Below are positions 42,001 to 49,196 of a stretch of 59,309 nt of DNA, in pieces; position 1 is the stretch's first letter; every line of letters starts with the position of its first letter. Location: IMG/VR virus record IMGVR_UViG_3300024891_000004, positions 1 through 59,309 of that record; one strand, given 5' to 3'. The notes under the pieces were generated by a model. It ran no database searches and was not told the DNA's origin. It worked only from the letters and a program-made list of their open reading frames with translations. This stretch comes from a virus. Its lineage: Duplodnaviria > Caudoviricetes. The translations under genes were made by a program, and so were the position numbers.

Positions 42001-42157
42001 TTGCGCCTTTTAATAGAGAAACACCGGTGTCGCCTAACGCTCTGCGGATTGTGCCGGATTTTGGCTGTTCAGTATCTAGTTCTGACGCATCAATTTCCGT
42101 TACAGGTGATTCATATCCATCAAGTTCAGACGCATCAATGATGTTGTTTTTCGCCAC
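29975..42157 (-). CDS. Giant polyvalent internal virion/ejection-type protein (4060 aa)
   Basis: Inorganic-pyrophosphatase-like domain (GNYKKGH...YGYIKRTKGNDGDNLDVF), LPD5/LPD1-like (AHEWAHGLD; YWSTPHELFARAFE), two zincin-like motifs (HEVEGH, HESTH), two ART-PolyVal-like domains (FHGSP...GLYF; YHGT...GAYFT), C-terminal LPD38-like region. Confidence 0.85.
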   Translation of the reverse strand: MAKNNIIDASELDGYESPVTEIDASELDTEQPKSGTIRRALGDTGVSLLKGAIGVPETVVGLADLVTGGHAGKLAESAGFKPKQAKEFISDYYSPEQKLANQKVQEADGFVNTIKTALQNPSTIAQTTAESLPVMGLGGVGARGLLTVAPKLAPVIAGAAGEGIVTAGQNAEQLRQETADGLLTGKQAAIQAGSGLLTGVISAASGSIAQKLGIADIDTMLAQGKLNPAQLATGLPKAIAGGVISEGLLEEAPQSAQEQIAQNLSLDKTWDEGVGNAAAMGALSGGLMGGGANALNAFGGKDNTQVTPPPAPPAPEGSLTSAATIAQAVGLTPQPVMPDATEAKPNIVDSLNAVEAQQNGVMPDTAIAPIEPATIAPEQAAEKQIIDEQAQQAATSPLNDLPQPTEAQTAAGNYKKGHIKYDGLNITVENPQGSTRSGVDEDGAAWENTLANHYGYIKRTKGNDGDNLDVFVGDKPANGKVFVINQTKKDGSFDEHKAVLGAETADEAIAIYKSNYADDWNGGKSVTELTTPAFKDWLKNGDPTKPLETVSATSNDVDMTKVAVGEQVDVGGVPYVKTENGFERVTNATNVDTTTTLPERVDETANGVQVRKGEVGGMLAAQEVVTTASGRTTTPFPKFNGKDGKVSNFGLKAVDKWLVDNAIAEAESRNDDFNLTQFKAINLKNLSQADKDGAEEYLFGSQLPVVPSILKPLVAETAITPKNVNTETAAPLNESVQPADTVRPLVEQLTKLRATADKHPSFDPALKAAKDFMAGKKVSPKQFKNFANLLGKKNKAFSEVLMQLHDQAANTPEQLAAKDKKSKLAKAMLEERMKLDTTKDGLMQAMAKLGGLNADKAKAEFGIDPADMRQHGAGIKRSFTKTGLDADTMRELLKEQGYPVGESVADLGNAIADAMSGMDVLTAEGQEALAQKKYEEYANAISELSDDEQALLDELVTKATAKYGAEALAEIDASLAESMKGQPQVEIERALLRMLKEEFDDETGNAGNSQATEGQAGQDTETGSTENGSGRAQQDGANTESQGSNTSQVAEVPQEQTELDKFKASYSAKSDEEKSDFREMLQDAIVSAKENRNPYQQYVDRLAIAKQIDEGVPVDATAIFSNAVEGHAENNNYPLLRNLIPISVRSLAEIERKINFANDLYADASGKLSKAEYAFKIAKTPKEKREAKVNINKLESEFINREAVDALRNETLPELNRLYKLAEERFNTATQSPTDLLGDNTAAKQALVDAERAKDAKRNTGTDNQDTFTLSGSDSEFEQARAAGAQDLIEASQAETSATSQVEEKQEAYKLTFDQWLENRFNSNEYSSAYLNKANGDKRQAMINSATGDPDGSTEAMALSVYNKEVMNTPRDKKIPLSVYDQLSKEVQADLLKYNFGLENDLNERNAKAATDLGREREAQAKPYQEALNAVNDELKKQQGKPVNETFNNLLKRQGALQNALVEIQQGKEPDKRLIKQSQTKQPYEQTLPEYLATAKTQMSADEFESVKGSLEDEHYAAIEAHAKSGGKVSEGVLKSLAQGKQNHFAKTYAEDANRKAKSEQPKPETKADTVALKDTSDVGIEMLGNRRNKGLTLKDIQDANNDTERVAMAVKTKLWERPDYQALVDSGVQPAIAHIVKQIYDGLSSKPAYKGEKMLYDYVDVVEATKKAVDEFLSDKQAMARMITAVAVKAKKQSWMLNSNEVIDIANIGNENDTDIENYLNYFVDRVFPKNESGARWGRQNKEGNDKANATGNRFYKNIQLNLSSFIDAMKAVQQGFPAKQEAWQRSYQIKEADGKFQVIKKGRYSPKSEHATHDEAVEAARALVKREREAAFKEPETPVEKSVRKGRELRADGNVSSKELQDAVGLKAVNFGDWMKQPSNAKERQSHVNSAFDAFHDLAEVLNMPVKAMSLDGMLGLAIGAQGKGKFAAHFYPGYNEINLTREKGAGSLAHEWAHGLDHFFGVQAGLAASDEPFASWIGKHRNVSESGIRKEIVDAFHTIVTSMREIQETPETAKARITAQAQYSKERIEQYVERNGLKEALKDDETALAALDAIISGETGDYAEWPALKGKRKPQGYTSEYVKYIANKLGWNFDRANDLNLTLAGHSAAQEALKADPVLRKIHTEYYRAASILDGGKKDPYWSTPHELFARAFEMYVAEKLANADGRNDYLVSAWKQAEEINTGNAMIDDVLNEAKKRYPQGKEREAINAAFDVLFNEIKTKETDKGIALFASRGNNTDFTAITLDTANTVVSRVLAANKKIWNIDIIAVPTFDALPDDVKNTTTKQYGKDEAKYASGITHNGKVYVIADMNGSEQEAESIILHEVEGHIGIRRLYGTEINKKLNALYLSIGGLKGIKDIAQQRGITQELSNVARQLEKSSFSDDTRIAVMMEEMLAYTAQNPKFSDKAKAIIGMIRAWLREHGFMKLAEYGETDLLNVLREGRSKLNAKVDADGNVIAVMHAAFHGSPHDHDKFEMSKIGTGEGNQSYGYGLYFAGSQKVAEWYKNNLSRGLMIDGKPIDARMLDEYRDNPSGKLAFRLLLSNSNDGSKSAYSDTIEQLEKNISNAKNQSEIELNKDALKIVKGLKSRVSSNNGKLYEVELAPTEDEYLLWDKPLSEQSNTVIAALEKKFSLASFNQDFATAGEFYNSRARKFDSQEKASAELNSLGIRGIKYLDGSSRNKNGRSKYTGDSAYLYAAQDFKENGSNEAEAFNGLKQAYKNAIESDLQDAVNEAYDIQPKQDFNYVIFNEEDIGITAKYSRPQSKFSQKSTGIDIRDLNAVVANVNQALRGLPLTHVLEDYTKAPDELVADIKRDKAYDAAGAWHNGEIYLFRNNIINTNHALFTMLHESTHEGLRRVFGKEIDATLMGIYLSNKDIKQQADALRATHKDLSLVGSVEESLADMGGNGIKASVMDKLVAFLRNFLRRLGMNLTVSDGEVRTLVTRALDSLKSPSKVTHYTIGSAYSAASSGDQTNTPEFKAWFGDSKVVDADGKPLVVYHGTGNSFDTFDTSINGMLGKGAYFTTVFEEAAQFASEKTGIELSGENDYGGDWVGTYIKEVYLNVTDKNDMADSKWGDGKIYVARKPEQIKSATDNNGDFNPKNPDTRYSRPTPRLSPVVQPATPIQQWQTPDKSKLDNVIYMLQNKFVDLKRVIQGIQKAGNSIDDKWNPYLQEELYTGRTATRTKDFIKHELEPLMKSMQARKVDMADFEEYLWARHAEERNIQIAKINPAMQDGGSGMTTQDARDYLANLTPVQSANYQALAAKVDAILKTSRQRLISYGLETPETIAVWEGAYQHYVPLMREDMDNGFGNGSGQGFSVKGNASKRATGSKRAVVDVLANIAQQVERNIIRGEKNRVSTALVGLATLNPNKDFWKVDVVPTMRTVVAGKNTYEVLYNGSVVQTFTNPVEANKFIQWNGAGYTLNIVKGQDLVMDVPDPSYKNRDNVVVARIVNAKGKIEEHFVEFNTHDERAMRAAASIKNLDQDQIGELLGTAASITRYFSSINTQYNPFFGVINILRDVQGSLLNLSSTPLAGKQLDVLKNTPLALKGIYQDIRSERKTGTPTNSYWSLLFEDFQKQGGQTGYRDMFRNAKERGEALKHALDPTWWQQTTAGKIVSINGILAKPEQFLIEAGQKYIFDWLSDYNESMENAVRLSAYKIGLDNGMTKAQAASLAKNISVNFNRKGEMGRQIGSLYAFFNASVQGTARIGETLFTDNNGKLTLSKAGKAIVTGGLLLGVMQALMLAAAGFGDDEPPEFVRDRNLIIPLGNGKAITIAMPLGFNALPAFGRILTEWALSGGEDTSKRFFHIFEMLAEVTNPIGNAGLSMQTITPTMFDPLAALAENEDWTGRPIAKMDFNSQKPTAGHTRAKDTASAISKGLSWVVNEATGGSDYTPGAISPTPDQIDYLLGQIFGGVGREYMKLEQSATSIVTGEELPVYKIPLVGRFYLNAEGQSSQSSRFYDNLKSVFETETELKGLRKDGLDTSEYRANHPEAALVFRANLEQREISQLHKLRSEKLKADASPEEIKALNERITARMLRFNELFIARTTAGE

Positions 42158-42167
42158 AATTTATCCC

Positions 42168-43844
42168 CTAGTTTGCTAACTGCAATACGCCGTTTACCAC
42201 TTGTAATTTCACACCACCGTCATTAACAATCATTCCTTCCGGTAATGGCTTGCCGCCCTTGGTCGCTGGTTTGCCAAGCAGTTTTGATTGACCACTTGCA
42301 GTATTAGGTTTTGCGCCATTTGGATAGCGATAATCCTTGATGCTAGGGTCGTAAACGTAAGAAGGCACTTTCTGCATCTGGCCTGAATCTTCGTTGTACA
42401 CTTCACCGCCCTGCACTACGATTTCCTTGTTATCCTTGCTGGTGAATAGCGGTGCTAACTGCTCTTTGCGTTTAGCGTCTGTGTTCGGGTTCATATATTC
42501 TTTTAAGAGCGCAGTCTTAACCGCTTCATCTGCATTGTTGATGCTTGCAACGTCACGGCTTGCATTGGCAGCGATACCGGTCTGTGCAATATCAGTTTCA
42601 GAAGCCAGTTTCGGTTTCAGCAAATCAAGCTGATTCAGTTCACGATTATTCATTGGTGAAGTAGGTGATTTAGCCAGGGCAGAATCTTTCGCCGCCTGAT
42701 CCGCAATAAAGTCCTGAATGCCTTTACCGCCACCATTACGCAAATCGGTATATGAAACCTTGTCGCCACGCTGAACTTCTACAACATCGCCCTGCTGACG
42801 TGCCGCAACTACGGCTTGGCCTTCTGGCGAATTGTAGAAGTCCTGAATCTGCGCCCAACGCTGATTGAACTGCTCTTGGCTTTCTACCGGCACTACTGCT
42901 GAACCATCTACATTGGCAGGCTTGCCGTTTTGGAAGTCCATGCCTTGTGTTTGATTAACCTTCTCTACATAGCTTGGCACTGGTGCAAAACTGGTATTAG
43001 ATAGGTCAATACCAGTACGTGCTTTATAGGCTGCGTAAGGGTCTGCACCTACATCAACCGGCGCTTGCGCTTGTGGCTGTGTCTGTGCTGCAGGATTAGC
43101 AGAAGGTTTACCGGCTTTGGCTGGCTTAGATGGTTTAGGTACGCCGGTATTAGTTGGCGCTGGCTTGGCCTGCGTGTTTTGCGCAATGGTAGTTTCAGTT
43201 TTTGCCGGTGCGCTTGCTACTGGCTTGACTGTGCTTGCCGCTGGTTGCGCTGGCGTAGCTTTTGCTGCGGCGGTAGGCGCTGGTTTTGTGTTCGTTGCAG
43301 ATGCGATTGTCTGTTCTGCCGCATTGCCACTGCCTATTGGCGTGTAGTCGCCGGTTATTACGCCTTTACCAAAATTCGCAATGCCGCCATACAAATCAGC
43401 CGCACCGCGACCTACGGCATCCCCTACCGATAAAGCAGCATTACCGGCAGATAGAACCGCATCAGTCACCGGATTGTTTCTCACGGCATAGGCAAGTTCA
43501 CCTGTACGTCCACCGGCAAGCCTTGCTTGTTCTGCGCCTTGGTTGCGCGTAGCCAAATAGTTTTGAATGCCTAAATCCGGCGCAGTTACATCAGGCAATA
43601 CATTTGGCTTCTGCCCAACTAAAGGCTGTACGTTCACGTCCGGCATACTGACATTCGGCGCTTTAGCCTGTGTCTGCGGAATTGGTAAAGTAGCACGCAC
43701 TGGCGATGGCTTTACTGGCTGCGGCCTAACCGTTTGCGGTACAGGATTGATATTTTCCGGCATATCAGCCGCCCAATTTGGTGTTTTAGTACCAAAGCGG
43801 TTGTAATCCAGTATTGATGGTGGTTTGTATGCTTCGTTTGCCAT
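42168..43844 (-). CDS. Pro/Ala/Gln-rich putative internal virion protein
   Basis: 558-aa low-complexity protein just upstream of the giant protein. Confidence 0.6.
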   Translation of the reverse strand: MANEAYKPPSILDYNRFGTKTPNWAADMPENINPVPQTVRPQPVKPSPVRATLPIPQTQAKAPNVSMPDVNVQPLVGQKPNVLPDVTAPDLGIQNYLATRNQGAEQARLAGGRTGELAYAVRNNPVTDAVLSAGNAALSVGDAVGRGAADLYGGIANFGKGVITGDYTPIGSGNAAEQTIASATNTKPAPTAAAKATPAQPAASTVKPVASAPAKTETTIAQNTQAKPAPTNTGVPKPSKPAKAGKPSANPAAQTQPQAQAPVDVGADPYAAYKARTGIDLSNTSFAPVPSYVEKVNQTQGMDFQNGKPANVDGSAVVPVESQEQFNQRWAQIQDFYNSPEGQAVVAARQQGDVVEVQRGDKVSYTDLRNGGGKGIQDFIADQAAKDSALAKSPTSPMNNRELNQLDLLKPKLASETDIAQTGIAANASRDVASINNADEAVKTALLKEYMNPNTDAKRKEQLAPLFTSKDNKEIVVQGGEVYNEDSGQMQKVPSYVYDPSIKDYRYPNGAKPNTASGQSKLLGKPATKGGKPLPEGMIVNDGGVKLQVVNGVLQLAN

Positions 43845-43856
43845 GATAGTGTCCTA

Positions 43857-45776
43857 TTAAGCTGTATGACGATATTCGTGTTGTTCAGAGAATGAAGTGC
43901 TATTGTTAGTAGTTTCACTGGTATTATTTGCTTCGGAGCTGCTGATAGATGCGCCTTCGCTGTATGAAGTAGAACCAGAAAGATTGACTGCAGACAAGGC
44001 AGAAGCGGCAAGCTGTGCTGATACCTGTGCGCCTGACTTCATGCTCTCGATCAGTAATTCCACGGCTTTCATGAGTTTGGTCACATTGGCTTGTGCGGCC
44101 TGAACTTGAATACCGGCTTCACCTAGCACGTACTGCACATCAGAACGGTAAATATCGGCTTCGGCAGAAGCGCGTGCGCTTTCGGCAGATGCAATGGAAG
44201 CAAATACACGGCCTTCGGTTTCAAAGTTGTTATTCAGTGAAGCCAAGCGTGATGATTCTGCTGTAACCAGTTTTTCGTAGGCGCTGACACGGCTTTCAAA
44301 CAGTTGTAATGGAATTTCCTGCTGCGTTTTTACCTGCGCTTGATGTTCAGCTACTCGCGCACCGGTCAAGGCTGCGTAACCATCCACTTGTGATTTGTAA
44401 GCATCGGCCTGCACTTTGAATACATCGGCTTTGCTGACTTGGGCTTTTACCTGTGTGGCAAAACCTTCGTACTCGGTGGCTTTGGCACGCACCAATTCAC
44501 CGTAGGCTTGGATTTGTGCCGCAAACTGCTCGATATAGTTGCGGTTAATGCCTGATTTTGCGGTGGCAGCATCGACCTGGGCTTTATAAATTTCAATGTT
44601 GGCGAGTACGCCCTGCAAAGTAGCCTTGTACATTTCCACTTGCTGCACATTCAGATCACCAATGAGTTTTTGGCCTTCCAGTTGCGCTTTATAAATCTCA
44701 AGTTTGCTTAGTTCGGCATCAATGCGCTGTTTCCATACTTGGGCTTTAATCGAAAAGGCTTGCGCTTTGGCGTTGTAGCCGGAAACGGTGGCTTGATACA
44801 GGTCGATACCTGCGCGTAAAGTAGCAAAAGCTACTTCATAAGCGCGTTGTGCGACTTGATTTGCGTAAGTCAGTAATTGGCCTTCAAGCTGTACACCTGT
44901 TGTCACCGCAAATTGCCTATTTTGTTGTTCCAAGTCTGCTTGTTTAAGCATGACCTCACGGGAAAGTCCACTGTCTTTGTTCGCCGCATCTTGCATTGCG
45001 AGTTGAATTGCAGTCTGCATTGCGCCTTGCGGTACGGCAAAGCCACGGCCTGCCATATTGCTGCGAATAGTATCAATGGCACGGGTAGCGCTTAAATCCT
45101 CACGCTCACGCGCACGATCCCAAATCGCCTGTTCCACGGCAGGATCTAAACCGGTGGCTGCACCATTCACCCATTCAGCCAAAAATGCTTTCAGACCGTC
45201 TAATAAAGTGCTGGAATAGGCAGGTTCAACAAACGTAAATGTGCCACTTGGTGGGCTGGCTAGGTCATCCAGCGTGTCATTAAAATCGGCAATGGTGAGT
45301 AACGGTGCGTCAGGCAGATTAATAGCAAATGCACTTGGTACAGAAGGTAAGGTAATGGTCGGTACGTCCGGCATGACAATCGCATCCAGTTCAGGTGCGG
45401 TAGGCAATGCAGCCACTAACGCAGAAGGCGGGGCGATATTCAAGTCAATATCCGGCAATGCAGCGGTGAATATAGGCGCATCAGGAATGGTCAATGCGCT
45501 TACATCGGTCAGTGTCGGTTCTGTAGGCGCTGCCGGAAAGTCTGTGTTCAAGTCCGGCGCAACCGGTGCATCTGGCAATGTGACCGGTGTGATTGATGTT
45601 GATACCGGCAATACGTCAACGGTAATATCAGGAATATCCAGTAATTGATTACCGGCGTTTTCAATTTCACCTAAGAAACTGGTGGCCTCGCTGTAGGAAG
45701 TTGATGCGTAGGTCTGTGCTTGCGCCCATCCCGCCTGCACCAAACTGTTTGCGTCACCTGTTAATCCGATTGGCAT
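43857..45776 (-). CDS. Putative internal virion/tail protein with Pro-rich and coiled-coil regions
   Basis: 639 aa; Pro-rich N-terminus, MAGRGFAVPQG motif, long Ala/Gln helical repeats. Confidence 0.65.
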   Translation of the reverse strand: MPIGLTGDANSLVQAGWAQAQTYASTSYSEATSFLGEIENAGNQLLDIPDITVDVLPVSTSITPVTLPDAPVAPDLNTDFPAAPTEPTLTDVSALTIPDAPIFTAALPDIDLNIAPPSALVAALPTAPELDAIVMPDVPTITLPSVPSAFAINLPDAPLLTIADFNDTLDDLASPPSGTFTFVEPAYSSTLLDGLKAFLAEWVNGAATGLDPAVEQAIWDRAREREDLSATRAIDTIRSNMAGRGFAVPQGAMQTAIQLAMQDAANKDSGLSREVMLKQADLEQQNRQFAVTTGVQLEGQLLTYANQVAQRAYEVAFATLRAGIDLYQATVSGYNAKAQAFSIKAQVWKQRIDAELSKLEIYKAQLEGQKLIGDLNVQQVEMYKATLQGVLANIEIYKAQVDAATAKSGINRNYIEQFAAQIQAYGELVRAKATEYEGFATQVKAQVSKADVFKVQADAYKSQVDGYAALTGARVAEHQAQVKTQQEIPLQLFESRVSAYEKLVTAESSRLASLNNNFETEGRVFASIASAESARASAEADIYRSDVQYVLGEAGIQVQAAQANVTKLMKAVELLIESMKSGAQVSAQLAASALSAVNLSGSTSYSEGASISSSEANNTSETTNNSTSFSEQHEYRHTA

Positions 45777-45798
45777 TTGTTACTCCTTCAATGGGCGT

Positions 45799-45821
45799 AA
45801 AAAAACCGCCTTGTGGCGGTT
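45799..45821 (-). terminator. Rho-independent terminator
   Basis: AACCGCC-ACAA-GGCGGTT plus T-run. Confidence 0.75.
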
Positions 45822-45825
45822 GTGT

Positions 45826-47115
45826 TTAATATTCAATTTCTAGGGTTCGTTTGCTTGATACATAACTGACGCGATTGGCTTTGCTGGTCTGATGGCCTGG
45901 CAGTTGCTTGAGCGCCTCGATACCATCCCCTTGCGACCATCTGACTGCTTCTTCATTGGATAAATTTACGTTGCGTGAACCAACAATATAATCAGCATAT
46001 TCAGACATACCATAAGCGCCAAATACACCAATATCCACGCGCCCTTGCTGCGCTGTCCATAACCATGAATTTGTTGTAGCAGGATATGTGCCGGTCAATA
46101 ATATAGTGCCACCATCTGCGCTAATGTCAGTCGCCAAGGTGTCAATACCAAGGCTTAGTTTCCTTCCTTCGTCCGGCGACCATAGGTAAGCGTGTTTATT
46201 TTCTGCAAAAAATCCGGCATAGCCGACCACGACACCGTTATCTGAAACGGCATACGGCACATGAAGATCGTTACCGATTTCGGCTAAGAACGGCATTAAC
46301 TTCCAAGCATTATTGGCATACCTGAACGTTGTGGTTTGTAAAGTAAAGTGCGTGTTGTTGGCACGGCCTACGATGTATTGACCATTTCTTGAGATATTTG
46401 CACCAATGATCGGGTCGCCATAACCGCCTCTGCCGCCAATGCCCACCATACCTGTTTCTGCTGTCCATCTAAAAGCACGCTGATATGAACCGTCACCGAT
46501 ATTTTCTTGGCTACTGCCTGAAATAACCGTGCCATCATCAGATATGCCGTTGGCATAACTAATTAAAGCACCAAATTCAGGGTGATCATTCTGCAGAGTG
46601 CCAAGGTCTTGCATTCCTGTTTCTCTTGTCCATCTGAACGCATGAAGCGTATTCTCACCAAATTCAAACACATTGCACGAACCAACAACCACCCTGCCGT
46701 CTGCTGAAACGGCAAGCGCCTCACTGCCATAGGTTGCATTATCGGCAGCACTGCCACTGATAAATCCCAAATCTATTGGCTCGTCATCATCCAGCCATAA
46801 GGTTGCATGACTGATGCCGTTGATCATGGTATAACCCACGATTGCCAGCACCTTGCTTTCATTATCAAATACCAGTTTATTGGCAACGGATAACGGATTG
46901 TTGATAGGCACTAATACCCTGACTTCATCCTGCCCAAAGATAGATGACACCACAATCCGTACGCCGTTCTGCAAGTCTTTTGTCCAAGATAACTGCTTGA
47001 TACCGCCCATCTGCATGATGTTCTTCATTTCACCCAGAATCTTGCGGCCTATGCCAATATACGGATCGGCTTCTTTGCCGGATAGCCTGCGCCTGACTAC
47101 ACCTAGTTCTTTCAT
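45826..47115 (-). CDS. HAF-repeat beta-propeller protein in the tail cluster
   Basis: Repeats AVSADGRVVVG...HAFRWTRETGMQDLGTL, GISDDGTVISG...RAFRWT, AVSDNGVVVG...HAYLWS. Confidence 0.8.
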   Translation of the reverse strand: MKELGVVRRRLSGKEADPYIGIGRKILGEMKNIMQMGGIKQLSWTKDLQNGVRIVVSSIFGQDEVRVLVPINNPLSVANKLVFDNESKVLAIVGYTMINGISHATLWLDDDEPIDLGFISGSAADNATYGSEALAVSADGRVVVGSCNVFEFGENTLHAFRWTRETGMQDLGTLQNDHPEFGALISYANGISDDGTVISGSSQENIGDGSYQRAFRWTAETGMVGIGGRGGYGDPIIGANISRNGQYIVGRANNTHFTLQTTTFRYANNAWKLMPFLAEIGNDLHVPYAVSDNGVVVGYAGFFAENKHAYLWSPDEGRKLSLGIDTLATDISADGGTILLTGTYPATTNSWLWTAQQGRVDIGVFGAYGMSEYADYIVGSRNVNLSNEEAVRWSQGDGIEALKQLPGHQTSKANRVSYVSSKRTLEIEY

Positions 47116-48263
47116 AGTCTGCGGCTTAATGGGATTGGTTCGGTAGCAATACTGTTCAATTCAAAGTCTGCACCGACACCTTCAATGCTGATTTGCCAGT
47201 GCCGTGCTTTGAGGCCGCGCCCTAGTTTCAAGCGGTTGTTATAGATGCCATCAACACCGGTTGCGTCCAGTTCATATAGATATTGTTCGTTGTCATCTAG
47301 CGTTACGGTCACGGTCAAATCGCCATTGCTGCGGTAGTTGAAATACAGTTCATGTACCCGTTTTAACTGTGCGCTGTCAAAATCAAAGATGCCCAGGCTA
47401 ATGTTGCTGGTAATATCTGCGGTATCATCCAGCGTGCCGGATAGCGCATAAATACCACCATCACCGGCAGCAAGTGCCGTACCGTTAAACATGGTCATCG
47501 AATTGAAATTGAAGTTGGAATAACTGGTCAAGCCTGCGGTATTGGTATTGAGCGTGTAGATATTGTAAGTATCGTTATCGTTGCTGGCGTAACCATTGGC
47601 GAGTAGTTGCAAGGCTGGAAGGGTGATGGTTGCCGTGCCTAAACTGTTGGCTGCGCCTTCGGTGGCGAGTGTGAAACTTGGTAAACTGAATGCGCTTGTG
47701 CCGTCTGTGCCGCTTTCACCGTTGGCTGTAATGCCATATTTGGCTAAAGTGCGTGCCAGTGATCCGCTCGTACCGCCGTCACCTTCGGCAACAATTACCA
47801 GTGCGCCGGTGCGTATATTCGCGCTGCCTAAGTTTTCGGTACTGGAAAATGCGGATAATAATAAGGCGGGAATCTGGCGGTTGAATGTGCCGTTTGTGCC
47901 ATTCAGTCCTGAACCACTGATAGACAATTTTGGCAGTGAGAACGCTGCGAATGAATCAGAATAAGCACTGATGCTGAATACCGGCAGACTGATACTGGCG
48001 CTGCCTGATACTTCGGTAACACCGCTGGCTATTAGGGTATAGGCAGGTAAGTCTTTCTCTACGTTTGTGCCGTCTGTGGTAGTGCCGCCGACACCGCTGG
48101 CCTCTAATGTGAAAGCCGGAAGTGAGGCATAATAATCTGTGGCTTCAAGTGATAATGCTGGTAGCGATACACTGGCTGTACCATCCCCTGCAATCGGGGT
48201 ATTAGGGGCTGAAATCCCTAATAATAGCTTTGGTAATAAAATTGCTGCCGCACCGTTTGACAT
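47112..48263 (-). CDS. Tail-associated protein with SLPxxxL repeats and nozzle-like C-terminus
   Basis: Repeats SLPALSLEA/SLPAFTLEA/SLPSFTLAT; C-terminal RLKLGRGLKARHWQISIE. Confidence 0.6.
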   Translation of the reverse strand: MSNGAAAILLPKLLLGISAPNTPIAGDGTASVSLPALSLEATDYYASLPAFTLEASGVGGTTTDGTNVEKDLPAYTLIASGVTEVSGSASISLPVFSISAYSDSFAAFSLPKLSISGSGLNGTNGTFNRQIPALLLSAFSSTENLGSANIRTGALVIVAEGDGGTSGSLARTLAKYGITANGESGTDGTSAFSLPSFTLATEGAANSLGTATITLPALQLLANGYASNDNDTYNIYTLNTNTAGLTSYSNFNFNSMTMFNGTALAAGDGGIYALSGTLDDTADITSNISLGIFDFDSAQLKRVHELYFNYRSNGDLTVTVTLDDNEQYLYELDATGVDGIYNNRLKLGRGLKARHWQISIEGVGADFELNSIATEPIPLSRRL

Positions 48264-48329
48264 AAATCACTCCATGAAAGTTGAAACAGTGAGCGCATGA
48301 AGCGCCCACTTACTGCATGAACTGCTTTA

Positions 48330-49106
48330 TTAACTGGCTGGTAGGGTAATCGCAAATCCGCTGATTGTTTGCGTAGCTGTTGCGGCAATCGCGGTAGAAG
48401 TCAGGTTTAAATCTGAACCGCTGGTACTGATTGACATATCAATACGCACCTGGCTATCGGTAGAATCTGCCGCGCCTGAATCAGCCACCGCACCCACAAA
48501 ACGCGCCCACCCTGCCGTACCGCTGGCTGCTGCCACGCCTGACCATGTTTGTGCGTCATCTTTGCTTAATACACCAGAAGATGAAGCGCCAAATTTAAGG
48601 CCGTTTACCGGTGTCACACCGCTTGCCATATTGCCGTATGAACCGGTAATGGTCGTGAATGTACCTGATACCACTAAGCCATTGGCTTCTGCGCCTGCGC
48701 CACGCGCTGCGGTGATATTAATAACACCGCTGCCACCGCTTGATGCTTTGTATTTAGGGCTGGTTGAGGCTTTATTAATTGCGGTAATGCAATCTAAAGC
48801 GGTCTGTGCCAATGAAGTGTTAAATGGTACGGCGGCTGGCAGAATGTCCACGCTGTCCACGGTAATCGTATCGACTGAACCGGATGCACCGGTAGATAAT
48901 GTCACTGTACCTACTGCCAATACTTCTGCGGTATGTGCAGCACTTGACGCGGTGTAAGTGCAAAGTAATGTGCCTGATGGTGCTGTTTCTGGGGTTGCAG
49001 GCTGTGCGCCTGAATAAACCAGCAATTTACCACCTTGCAAAGCGTGTTTGAGTGAACCTTGCTCGTTGACATAATTGCGTAGCGCGTTGGATAAACGTAC
49101 TGTCAT
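48330..49106 (-). CDS. Virion structural protein
   Basis: MTVRLSNALRN...YSGAQPATPE...WSGVAAASGTAGWARF; start revised to 49106 (RBS aagga). Confidence 0.7.
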   Translation of the reverse strand: MTVRLSNALRNYVNEQGSLKHALQGGKLLVYSGAQPATPETAPSGTLLCTYTASSAAHTAEVLAVGTVTLSTGASGSVDTITVDSVDILPAAVPFNTSLAQTALDCITAINKASTSPKYKASSGGSGVINITAARGAGAEANGLVVSGTFTTITGSYGNMASGVTPVNGLKFGASSSGVLSKDDAQTWSGVAAASGTAGWARFVGAVADSGAADSTDSQVRIDMSISTSGSDLNLTSTAIAATATQTISGFAITLPAS

Positions 49107-49124
49107 GATCGTTTCCTTAAAATG

Positions 49125-49177
49125 AAAAAACCGCCAAACGGCGGTAAATAGACGAAAAAAAACCGCCAAACGGCGGT
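49125..49177 (-). terminator. Tandem duplicated terminator
   Basis: aaaaaaccgccaaacggcggt present twice in tandem. Confidence 0.8.
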
Positions 49178-49196
49178 GTGTGTGGAACGGGTACTG

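Noticed and set aside
30033-42013. Many antisense ORFs within the giant gene
   Set aside because: Expected codon-bias shadows of a 12-kb CDS
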